Positions 1 through 8,916 of a stretch of 64,000 bases of DNA are shown here, in pieces; the stretch's first letter is position 1, and every line of letters starts with the position of its first letter. The notes below the pieces were generated by a model that was given only the letters and a program-made list of their open reading frames with translations, was not told where the DNA came from and made no database searches. The stretch lies in contig CAKZRU010000110.1 in the NCBI GenBank assembly GCA_937146725.1, positions 13,737-77,736 on the forward strand, read 5' to 3'. This stretch comes from an uncultured Myxococcales bacterium. GTDB taxonomy: Bacteria; Myxococcota_A; Bradymonadia; UBA7976; VGTA01. A program made the translations under genes and the position numbers.

Positions 1-3000
1 TTCGGCATCACAAGTTTCTTCAACGCAGATCCCATTGGTAGGCAGACAATTCCCTGTATCGGCTTCACAGGTGTAATCAAAACCACAGAGACTCGCATCA
101 TTGGTACAATCTTGAGCGCATATACCTCCACCATTTCCATCATCTACACAGAATACCTCGCCATAGTATCCCTCTGAATAGCCGGCACAGTCTGTACTTA
201 CTTCACAAGTTCCACAAAGACCTACTGTTCCTCCACTAATGAGATCAGAACATTTAGGTTGGCTTGCCGCATAAGTGATGCCCGACTCAGGGTCGGTGAA
301 GCTCAGCATTTCAACTTGTTCCTCATCACCTACGATAACCTGTCCCGGTGTACCGGGTCTAAAGACGTTAAATTGGTCGTTAAAGCGTGTGCTATATGAA
401 GCCGTTGTATACAAGAAGCCATACCAAAATATATCGGTTTTTAGCATGAAGGTTGGATCGCTTTGAATCACATATGACTCAGGTGCTTCATAACATTCAC
501 CTTCACGACAGCTAGAACCATCAGGGCACGAGCCGAGCAGTGCATCACTTGAACACTCGGCTACATACGGCGCACAGGCATCAATATTACGGCCCGGTAC
601 GCAGTTTTTATTGGCATCACAGACAAAGCCTTCGGCACATACAGATGCATCTTCGGTGCAGTCTTGTAAACAAGCATAGCTACCATCATCAAGACTACCG
701 CAGAAAGTCCCTCCAATATATCCAGTGAAGCCTGCGCATTCATTATTGCTCTCACAGCTTTCACACAGTCCGGTAGACCCTGCGACAAGGCCTTGGATTG
801 GGTCTTCGGCAAAGTTACCGGTCAAAGGGTCATAACCATAAAAACTGCTTGAGTTTAGATAGTGAGCTTTGGCTAGTCTTGGTGTCTCACCTTGATTAGG
901 ACTCGCTTTTTCTGGGAGCGCTCTAGGCGCAAAACTTTGGTAATCATCGGTAAGTAATGATGCAAAGACCTCATAAAATTCTTCTTCAAACCAATCAAAG
1001 AAACTAATGGCGTAAACACCTGCGTCCCCATCTAGGCCAATAAGATAGGCTTCGGTATCAAATAAAGCCCAAGCCGCTGCTAATGTGGCCCAATAGTGTC
1101 CGGCTTCCTCTGGCTTGAGTTCAAACTGATAGCCCGCTTCTGGATCATAGGTAGAGAAATGTCGACGACCTTGGCCCGGTGGCAGATATATATAGCTTGC
1201 ATCAGGCTTGCAGTCAGGATCAGCCCGGTCTTCACTTTGTAAGTTTGGACTATCTCCCAAATAAACAAGTTCACCCTTATTATTTTCACAATAGGTACCA
1301 TGTGAAGGTGTTGAGAGAACATTCATCAAAAGGTTAATACTACCAGCAATTGCCGCCTCATAGCTGGTATCAAACAGATTATCATAGCCATAAGGTGCCA
1401 CATACCAACTTTGAAATAAGTCGCTTAAGGGTAAGAAATCTCTAAAGAAATAGGTAAAGAGTGGATGCCAAATTTCAAATTCTGGTCGATCTCGGCGGAA
1501 GTTTACAAAGGGGTAGTATGCTTGATAACTATATTGCTTATTTTGCATAAGCTCATAGGGATCAGCGCCATGGTCAAAGGCATGACAGCTAAGTAAGGCC
1601 GATTCCCATTCATCAGAACAGAAAAGGTAGGGAACTCTGAGCCTACGCTCATCAAAGTTAGGATTTTCTCTTTGCTTTAGATAATCCTCATACAGCATGA
1701 GTTCTCGGCCTTGGGCACTGAGATCATCGAGACTTGGTAAGGCTTGAGCAAAACTGGTGTAGTGATAGCGTTCAAGTAGGGTGACCGAGGGCAGACCGGG
1801 ATCATCATAGCTAAAGCCCTCAAAAGCGACACTTGGGCCATTTGCATCAAGTTGATTTTTGACATATTCACGCTTGGGCTCACTTAATCCGGGTAAGTCA
1901 CAATTAAAAGCAGGTGCTCCATCGGCCTTTTCTTGCGGAGTAGGCGGATCAAGTAGATGTCCGGCACAGCCTAACTGAGCTCGATTCTTTTTAAAGACTT
2001 CAACCAAGCCACGTATAGGTTTGACACAAGCGTTTGGTAAGACTCGATCGCCTTCCGTAGTTGGGGCCTCACAATCTTCTTTGCTCACCAAGTGTGATGT
2101 ATAGCCAAAAATAAGCGCTGCTTCATCATAGCGACCTAGTCCATTCAGATCACTTTGCCAGCTAAAGCCATAATCCATGATTGAAGAGTACTGAAGTTGT
2201 CTCATTCCTTCATTACTTTGAGTTTCGGTAAGGCGATTTAAGTTAAAAAAGTCCTGAATGGTTTCAACGGGCTCAAGATTTTCTTGTCTAAGTGACCAAT
2301 AGTTATCCGGATAATTAATGCTATCGTAACTGCCTTGGAAATTGTGCCTTAAACCGAGTGTGTGTCCCAATTCATGCTCGGCAACAGCGGCAAAGATTTC
2401 TTCGCGGAGTTGATACCACAAAGCATCATCTTGTCCCGCTTCATATTGCAGAGCATAACGCTTTACAATCCCCTCAACATCAGGCGCAATCATATCCATT
2501 AGGTCAGCAGAGCGAGCGATGGCTTTTTTGCGTTTAGCTTGTAAGTTTTTAAGCAACTCGGGACTTAATTCTTCGGCAAACGCTCGAGCTGAGACCGGTA
2601 AATCTTCAAAGCTTTTTCCGGTGTGTGCTTCCAAAGCCTTTTTCATCTCATTACCCAAAGCGGAGGGACGTGCAGGTGCAGTTCGTAAGCGATCTTGAAT
2701 TGCGAGCGCATCATGAGGCTTAAGGTCTTGTCGGCTTTTACGGGCTTCCATACGAGGACGGGCTTGGGCACGAGCTTGGTTTAAGCTTACGGTTTGAGTC
2801 GATGAACTTGGGTGTTCAATGCGCCCAGCATCCAAAGGACGAGCCGCTAAGCGTTCCATCAAAGCTTGGGTAAAGTTATCACCATTCGCTAAGTCAGCAA
2901 TAGATACTTGCTCGCTAAAATAACGAATAACATCAAGAGCATAGCTGGCATATGTGTTGACAGCTGCCCCATAAATATAAGCGCGACCAGAAATGATTTC

Positions 3001-4269
3001 TCCACTAATTGGGTCAGTAGCGGCAGGCCCATAGCCTAGCAAACCGGCCATTGTTTCACTGTCTACCCAATGCAGGGTAGAGTAGCGTAAATCTCCCTCT
3101 CTAACAGTAAAGCCAAGTTCACCACAGGCCTTGGCATCACCCTCTTGGACAGGATTGTGGCATAGAGTAAAGACTTGAGCTTGGCTATCAATCACTTCCA
3201 ACTGTTCCAAGCTATTGGGAGCAAGCTTTTGGAGGCCCTTAACCATCGCTCGATTCCATTGAGCGACACTTACCTGAGCCGCTTCAATTAAGTCTTGAGG
3301 AAAAACGGAGTTCAAATAATAGGTAACGGTCTTGGCCTTGCGCTCACTTAAAGGAATAAGCACACCATCTTCATCATAAGCACGTTCCCAAATATTATGA
3401 CGATTAATAAAATTACGTCGGCCCCCATCAACTGTTCCTCTTTGTTCATCATATTCGTAATATTCGGTTCTAAAATAACCAAAGCGACTCATCAAGGGAT
3501 CATCATATTGAAAGGGTTCATATGTTTTACTGTCTGGGACGCGACTAAAAGAGGCTCTGACGCCAAGTTCAGCAGAAGCACAGTCACCTACGCCTAGATA
3601 ATACAAAGCATAAATACAACCATACTCATCAGGTTCAACAAAATACCGAGAGGTGACATCAAAGTAATTCATCACACCTTGTCGGTCCGTCTCACTGTAT
3701 AAGGCATTTTCACGTCCGCTTTCAGCAGGCTCAAAATATGCCGGAGTGATACCTTTAGTAGGCGCAATTAACTCAAAGTTAGGCACAAGGCTTGCTGACC
3801 AATCAACCCTAACATACTTCCGCTCAAACCAAGGGCGATCGGTCGTGTTTTCTGAGATCACATTACTTTGTTCACCAGTAGAACTGTTATATTCACGTTG
3901 AACATCCACATGAGAAATAATGGAATAAGCAGCTACAGGGGCTTCTTTTCCATCAAATGGCACTTGGACAGAAGTTGATTCTGCACCTCGCAAACGCTCA
4001 TAACTGCGATAAGCAATAAGCATGTCTTCTTGGATTTCCCAACGAACTCTTTCAAGTACTGAGGTTTCACCAATAAAAGTAAAATATGTGGTTGGTGGTA
4101 AATCAACCACGGTTTGCATCATATACCATTCACCTTCTAAGTCGCTTTTAGCGATAAGATTAGGCTGGACTCTATTAATATCTTGAGGTCGTTCTGCGCA
4201 ACCGAAAAATAGATAGAGCAAAAAAAAGAAACAGGAGAATCTATGTCTCCACAAAGAAGCTTGTATCAT
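1..4269 (-). CDS. Zinc metalloprotease lipoprotein (met-zincin, HExxHxxGxxH; DUF4953-like), more than 1420 aa; C-terminus lies beyond the window edge
   Basis: Not in the ORF track because it has no stop inside the window. My translation of the minus strand from ATG 4269-4267 gives MIQASLWRHRFSCFFFLLYLFFGC (signal peptide plus lipobox-like FFGC). I checked the frame codon by codon at 4269-3900, at 2388-2341 (AVAEHELGHTLGLRHN zinc site) and at 840-1, and it is open. No ORF is listed in this frame, which implies no stop. The C-terminal part holds two Cys-rich modules. Confidence 0.8.
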   Translation of the reverse strand, partial: MIQASLWRHRFSCFFFLLYLFFGCAERPQDINRVQPNLIAKSDLEGEWYMMQTVVDLPPTTYFTFIGETSVLERVRWEIQEDMLIAYRSYERLRGAESTSVQVPFDGKEAPVAAYSIISHVDVQREYNSSTGEQSNVISENTTDRPWFERKYVRVDWSASLVPNFELIAPTKGITPAYFEPAESGRENALYSETDRQGVMNYFDVTSRYFVEPDEYGCIYALYYLGVGDCASAELGVRASFSRVPDSKTYEPFQYDDPLMSRFGYFRTEYYEYDEQRGTVDGGRRNFINRHNIWERAYDEDGVLIPLSERKAKTVTYYLNSVFPQDLIEAAQVSVAQWNRAMVKGLQKLAPNSLEQLEVIDSQAQVFTLCHNPVQEGDAKACGELGFTVREGDLRYSTLHWVDSETMAGLLGYGPAATDPISGEIISGRAYIYGAAVNTYASYALDVIRYFSEQVSIADLANGDNFTQALMERLAARPLDAGRIEHPSSSTQTVSLNQARAQARPRMEARKSRQDLKPHDALAIQDRLRTAPARPSALGNEMKKALEAHTGKSFEDLPVSARAFAEELSPELLKNLQAKRKKAIARSADLMDMIAPDVEGIVKRYALQYEAGQDDALWYQLREEIFAAVAEHELGHTLGLRHNFQGSYDSINYPDNYWSLRQENLEPVETIQDFFNLNRLTETQSNEGMRQLQYSSIMDYGFSWQSDLNGLGRYDEAALIFGYTSHLVSKEDCEAPTTEGDRVLPNACVKPIRGLVEVFKKNRAQLGCAGHLLDPPTPQEKADGAPAFNCDLPGLSEPKREYVKNQLDANGPSVAFEGFSYDDPGLPSVTLLERYHYTSFAQALPSLDDLSAQGRELMLYEDYLKQRENPNFDERRLRVPYLFCSDEWESALLSCHAFDHGADPYELMQNKQYSYQAYYPFVNFRRDRPEFEIWHPLFTYFFRDFLPLSDLFQSWYVAPYGYDNLFDTSYEAAIAGSINLLMNVLSTPSHGTYCENNKGELVYLGDSPNLQSEDRADPDCKPDASYIYLPPGQGRRHFSTYDPEAGYQFELKPEEAGHYWATLAAAWALFDTEAYLIGLDGDAGVYAISFFDWFEEEFYEVFASLLTDDYQSFAPRALPEKASPNQGETPRLAKAHYLNSSSFYGYDPLTGNFAEDPIQGLVAGSTGLCESCESNNECAGFTGYIGGTFCGSLDDGSYACLQDCTEDASVCAEGFVCDANKNCVPGRNIDACAPYVAECSSDALLGSCPDGSSCREGECYEAPESYVIQSDPTFMLKTDIFWYGFLYTTASYSTRFNDQFNVFRPGTPGQVIVGDEEQVEMLSFTDPESGITYAASQPKCSDLISGGTVGLCGTCEVSTDCAGYSEGYYGEVFCVDDGNGGGICAQDCTNDASLCGFDYTCEADTGNCLPTNGICVEETCDAE

Positions 4270-4300
4270 AGCTGTCTCGCATAAATTGATTACGTAAAAG

Positions 4301-5683
4301 TTAGCGCGTTGGGCTATGCAAACCAGCCTTGCGCATCACAAGTTTAAGGTGATTCCAAAACTTTCGTTTAGTAGTGTCGCCACCTTCAATAATATCTTTG
4401 GGATGGAAGGTGGGCATAACATCAATATCTTGATAACGGTTCCAAGTACCCTGTCGAGCTTGATCACCAAGCAACATCACCGAGGCCATATACCCAAGGC
4501 TGACTATTATTTTTGGTTTAACCAGCTGTAGCTCATCTAAAAAGTGATGTTGGCAACTTGCCCACTCCTGTGGTTTGGGTTCTCCGGCACCACAGCGCAT
4601 TAGACTGGTCAAGTGAATCTCTAGTCTTGACAGTGACATTGCTCGTAAAAGGCCATTAAAAAGATTGCGTTCTTGAGAGTCCATCAAAAGATGACCACTT
4701 TTTAGATCTAGTTCAGATGGGTTCGCCACCACAAACATAACTTGTGCACCGTAATGTCCACTACTAATCAGATGAGGACTCGATGAGCGAGGACAGGCCT
4801 GGCAGGCCCAGATCCGATCGCAGATTTCACCAAACATTTGATCTGCCTCAAAAGTTGTACGACGAACATGAGCCAAGGGAGAGGCATTTGGAGATGAAGC
4901 CGAATCACTAGTAGGCGTATGATGAGCAAGCGGTTTAGGGCTAGGTGTCTTCTTCAGCTGAAGTTTTGCAAAAGCCTCACGTTTTTGGGGCGAAGCTTGT
5001 GGCGTAGCCACGGTAGCTTGCGGTGCTGGTTTGGTTGCCCATAATTGCTCTGCTTTGGCTTTGGGAGCTGTGGGTAGACTAGTATCATCACTGTTTGCAT
5101 CAATCGGTTTATTAAAAAATGAACTTTGAGTATGCGTTGCTGTTGATAAATGAGCGGTGTTAATATCGGTGTTTACGGTCTGTGTTCGCTCTTGGATGAG
5201 CCCTTTGTGAATGCTGAGTTTTTGACTTGGAGTCATTAACTCGGCACTTCCTTCCATGTCAGTTCCCAAAGGAGGCGCTTGTTCAAAAGAAATCGACTCC
5301 ACGACTACTCGTTGATGTAAAACAGCCGGAAACTCTTGAGTTGGTAAAGGGCCAGACTTAGCCTTTAGCTTGGGAGGCTCTGTGGTCGTTTGCTGGGAAG
5401 AATAATCAGTATTTTGATGACTTGGAGTAATATGAGTGGATGCTATACTAGCCTCATATCCATAAGGCAGCTGTTGCCAATATTGGGCGATTTGAATGGC
5501 TCTTTGATCTTTGACTCGGCTTTTGGGGAGTTGACTGAATCTGCCCAGTAAAGCACTGACATCTTGAGCAGAAATAGTGACTCCCGAGCGATCTAACCAT
5601 TGGAGTGAAGCTCTGAGTTGTCTGATGATAGGCGCTAATGGATGATAGTCTGATGGAAACTCAACTCTCGTCATAATTCTCAA
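4301..5683 (-). CDS. Uracil-DNA glycosylase superfamily (family-4-like) domain protein with a long low-complexity N-terminal region
   Basis: The C-terminal ~170 aa read CQACPR..VMFVVANPSE..LFNGLL..KPKIIVSLG..TFHPKDI, which follows the family-4 UDG layout (CxxC, GEAPG position, HPS position). The GEAPG motif is replaced by ANPSE. The N-terminal ~290 aa are P/S/T/Q-rich. Confidence 0.5.
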   Translation of the reverse strand: MRIMTRVEFPSDYHPLAPIIRQLRASLQWLDRSGVTISAQDVSALLGRFSQLPKSRVKDQRAIQIAQYWQQLPYGYEASIASTHITPSHQNTDYSSQQTTTEPPKLKAKSGPLPTQEFPAVLHQRVVVESISFEQAPPLGTDMEGSAELMTPSQKLSIHKGLIQERTQTVNTDINTAHLSTATHTQSSFFNKPIDANSDDTSLPTAPKAKAEQLWATKPAPQATVATPQASPQKREAFAKLQLKKTPSPKPLAHHTPTSDSASSPNASPLAHVRRTTFEADQMFGEICDRIWACQACPRSSSPHLISSGHYGAQVMFVVANPSELDLKSGHLLMDSQERNLFNGLLRAMSLSRLEIHLTSLMRCGAGEPKPQEWASCQHHFLDELQLVKPKIIVSLGYMASVMLLGDQARQGTWNRYQDIDVMPTFHPKDIIEGGDTTKRKFWNHLKLVMRKAGLHSPTR

Positions 5684-5697
5684 TCCTTACCTTAAGT

Positions 5698-6789
5698 TTA
5701 GAGGTTTGGACGAGGAGGAAGCTCATACTTTTCTCCATCGTCAAAGACGAGCTCCCAAGGTCGTTTGTCTCCTTCTGCCGGTAAGCGCAAAGCACCTAGC
5801 GAACCTTGATAAGTAGACATGTGATTAAGTCGCTCTTGAAACCTTAACCCCACAGCGAAGTCAATACAAAAGCAGTTTTTTCTTTTTCCGATCCAGTCAT
5901 TCGCTTTGATCCCGGCAAATAAGCTGGGTTTTAAGTTCACATTTAAATTACCGGAGCGTGAACGCCAATAGTGACCAAATACAATGGAAGTATCTCCCTC
6001 ATAGTGATCCCACCATTTTTGCCGATCACTCATTTGCCAACGATGGCCGGACCAAAATGGCTTTTTATGATCCACATGTCCGTATAGACCTTGAGTAAGC
6101 ACCTTAAGTGGATTTAAGTTTTGTTCCAACGAAAAGTACTCACTTAAATCCTCCAAAAAAGGCACAGACTCTACTTCCGGTGGACCCACATATAAAGGAT
6201 AGCTGGCTTTAAGTTTGGTAACTCTTTTACGTGTCCAGCCCATTTCTTTAAGGTCCTTATTCATATTACGGCGAAAACGCGCAAAAAGAGCGGACCAACT
6301 TCCTACAATCTCGGGTAAACGCTTAATGCTTTCTTCATGCCAACAAGCATGGATCAGTTTAACATCGGAACGAACCAAAGCCATAGGAAGTTCTGTAAAA
6401 AAAGTTAGAGCAGCTCTCAATTGTAAAGAGTGAGCCACACGCATAGGCGCTTCCCAGCCATTGCGTAATGCTTTTTGAGCAAGTTCAGGGCTAGTCCAGC
6501 TATTATCTGGCTTGTTAATACGATTCAGTAACCTAAGTTCATGATTACCTAAAATGCATTGGGCACGCTTAGCAAAGTATAAGCTACTTACTTTTTCAAC
6601 AACGCCAGGACTATCGGGACCACGATCGACAAGATCTCCCATAAAAACAAGAGTTCGGTTATCTGGATGACGGCCAAAACGGTCATAGCCAAGGTGTGCT
6701 AAAAGCTGATTTAAGGCTTCAAGCTCACCATGAACATCACCGATAATATCAACCGGTCCATTACTTAACTCTTGAATGGCCTTAGGCAT
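5698..6789 (-). CDS. Metallophosphoesterase, PPP-family phosphatase (ApaH/PrpA-like)
   Basis: GDVHG (IIGDVHGELEAL), GDLVDRG and GNHE motifs occur in the canonical order. There is a 1-nt gap to the upstream glutaredoxin gene. Confidence 0.8.
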   Translation of the reverse strand: MPKAIQELSNGPVDIIGDVHGELEALNQLLAHLGYDRFGRHPDNRTLVFMGDLVDRGPDSPGVVEKVSSLYFAKRAQCILGNHELRLLNRINKPDNSWTSPELAQKALRNGWEAPMRVAHSLQLRAALTFFTELPMALVRSDVKLIHACWHEESIKRLPEIVGSWSALFARFRRNMNKDLKEMGWTRKRVTKLKASYPLYVGPPEVESVPFLEDLSEYFSLEQNLNPLKVLTQGLYGHVDHKKPFWSGHRWQMSDRQKWWDHYEGDTSIVFGHYWRSRSGNLNVNLKPSLFAGIKANDWIGKRKNCFCIDFAVGLRFQERLNHMSTYQGSLGALRLPAEGDKRPWELVFDDGEKYELPPRPNL

Positions 6790-6790
6790 A

Positions 6791-7114
6791 TCAACCTTGT
6801 GTCGCTTGACCTTGGAGAATGCTTTCTAACTCACCCCGCTCAAAGTGATCACGTATCACGTCACAACCACCGATCAGTTCTCCATCCACATAAAGTTGTG
6901 GGATGGTTGGCCAATTACCAAAAACTTTGATGCCCTCTCTTACTGAAGGATCAGCAAGAACATCAAAGGCGGCAAAGGGTACACCGCTATCTTTAAGGAT
7001 ATTAGCTACAATCGAAGAAAAACCGCACTTAGGTGCATCGGGATTACCCTTCATAAAAAGAATGACACGATGTTGATCAACCATTGATTGAATACGAGTT
7101 TGTGTATCTGACAT
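6791..7114 (-). CDS. grxD: Monothiol glutaredoxin, Grx4 family
   Basis: 107 aa with the CGFS active site (PKCGFS) and WPTIPQLYV.GE..GG motifs. Confidence 0.9.
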   Translation of the reverse strand: MSDTQTRIQSMVDQHRVILFMKGNPDAPKCGFSSIVANILKDSGVPFAAFDVLADPSVREGIKVFGNWPTIPQLYVDGELIGGCDVIRDHFERGELESILQGQATQG

Positions 7115-7163
7115 ATCTTACTCCTATGAGACTTTTTTAAGTCAAATGCTTGATTTTATGTAT

Positions 7164-7487
7164 TTAACCAAGCGTCACTAATTTGTCTTGTGGCTTCGCT
7201 GAAGAAGCCTCTGATTGAACGGAAGATTGTAAACCTTTACTGACGGCTTCTTCAGGAGTCACGGTCTGCATGGTAAAGGCATGAATCGGACCGGCCATAA
7301 GTTCGCCCAAAGCTTTGTAAACTCGTTGCTGTCTAGCGATAAGGCGCATTCCTTCAAAGTGAGTTGAAATAATGACAGCTTCCCAATGGTCTCGGGTGCC
7401 AGTCATATCCCGCAAGCTTACTTCTACCGGGGATAGTTCTGCTTGAATACGTTCTACGATGATCGTTTCAATATCTTGAGTACTCAT
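7164..7487 (-). CDS. bolA: BolA family protein
   Basis: 107 aa with RQQRVYKAL....PIHAFTMQT.TPEE, a BolA-type signature. It is adjacent to its usual partner Grx4. Confidence 0.75.
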   Translation of the reverse strand: MSTQDIETIIVERIQAELSPVEVSLRDMTGTRDHWEAVIISTHFEGMRLIARQQRVYKALGELMAGPIHAFTMQTVTPEEAVSKGLQSSVQSEASSAKPQDKLVTLG

Positions 7488-7661
7488 AAAAATCCTTGAT
7501 TATGATTTGTCATTATTGGTTCGCTTCAATGCTTTACTGCATAAAAAACAAATTGAGCTTAACATTGATCAAATCATAGTCAAGTCTAGCACAATACTCT
7601 AGTACATATTCTTAGGTAGATACACCTTATGTTGAGCAGAGTTTTGAAAATCTGTAATAGA

Positions 7662-8717
7662 TTAATATAAATCACAAACGCTTTGAAGGAGTACCATAGC
7701 CACTTCGTAAGGATCTGCATTAGCATTTGGTCGGCGATCTTCTAAGTAACCACAGCCATCTTCTTCAACATTTGCCGGAATACGAACCGAAGCAGTACGG
7801 TCAGATACTCCGTATTTAAACTCATCGTAGCGACAGGTTTCGTGATGTCCGGTCAAGCGCATTTCGTATCCTGCACCATAGGCAGCCAAATGCTCAGGAA
7901 TCCGTTGCGCAATCTTTTCAATGGCATCAATAATGACTTTCATACCACCTTCGGCTCGCATTGCTGCTGTTGAAAAGTTTGTATGCATACCCGCGCCATT
8001 CCAATCACCTGGTACTGGTTTAGGATCTAAGGTCGCTGAAATACCAAAGTCTTCGCCAAGGCGATAAAGCAGCCAACGGCCAATCCATAAATCATCGCTC
8101 GCCTTGAGTGCATCACCACCCGGTCCACCCATTTGGAACTCCCACTGTCCAGGCATAACTTCTGCATTGATACCTTGGATCAAAAGTCCGGCTTCAATAC
8201 AGGCTTCCATGTGGGTTTCAACCAAATCACGCCCATAGACCTCATCCGCGCCAACACCACAGTAATATGGCCCTTGGGCAGCAGGGAAACGGCGCTCAGA
8301 AGGAAAGCCAAGCGGACGTGAACCATCATACATGGTGTACTCTTGCTCAAATCCAAACCAGCCATCCTCTTGAGCGGCTCCGGCATCGAGTACCTTACGC
8401 AATTTTGCACGAGTATTCGAGCCATGGGCTTCACCGTTTGCATTCATTACTTCGCATAAAATTAAGTAGCCATCAGCGCCACGGGTAGGGTCAGGATAAA
8501 TCCGAACAGGTTTGAGTAAGCAATCTGATGAACCACCTTCTGCCTGTGAGGTGGAAGATCCATCAAATTGCCAAGTTGGGAAGAAATCTAAGGTAAATTG
8601 ACCAAGATCATCGATCTGAGAACCGTTGGGCTCACTGTGTATGATTTTGGTTTTTGACCTAACTTTACGAGTCGGCTTAGTGCCATCGATCCAAATGTAT
8701 TCTGCAATGATTGCCAT
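7662..8717 (-). CDS. glnII: Glutamine synthetase type II (eukaryote-like GSII)
   Basis: 351 aa. The N-terminus AEYIWIDGTKPTRKVRSKTK and later GFEQEY, NAEVMPGQWEF, GAGMHTNFS and EDRRP motifs are typical of GSII. Confidence 0.85.
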   Translation of the reverse strand: MAIIAEYIWIDGTKPTRKVRSKTKIIHSEPNGSQIDDLGQFTLDFFPTWQFDGSSTSQAEGGSSDCLLKPVRIYPDPTRGADGYLILCEVMNANGEAHGSNTRAKLRKVLDAGAAQEDGWFGFEQEYTMYDGSRPLGFPSERRFPAAQGPYYCGVGADEVYGRDLVETHMEACIEAGLLIQGINAEVMPGQWEFQMGGPGGDALKASDDLWIGRWLLYRLGEDFGISATLDPKPVPGDWNGAGMHTNFSTAAMRAEGGMKVIIDAIEKIAQRIPEHLAAYGAGYEMRLTGHHETCRYDEFKYGVSDRTASVRIPANVEEDGCGYLEDRRPNANADPYEVAMVLLQSVCDLY

Positions 8718-8916
8718 TTCAGCTCTCCAAATAAAAATTTAACTCATTTGAGTAAGTGAACACTAAGGTTGACTTAATTATCCAGGCCATGCTTACTGAA
8801 AAAGTGATAAAAAATCGAGTAGTTTTATTGTATCTACTTTATAAAATACTAGAGTTCTAAGCACATAAGACCAATTATATTGACCGCTTTAGCACAATGG
8901 GATTAAGGATTTCTAA

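Noticed and set aside
8718-8916. Looked for a glutamine riboswitch (glnA RNA) or a sigma-54 TGGCAC-N5-TTGCA promoter upstream of glnII.
   Set aside because: I could find neither consensus on the relevant strand by eye. An Infernal scan would be needed to be sure.
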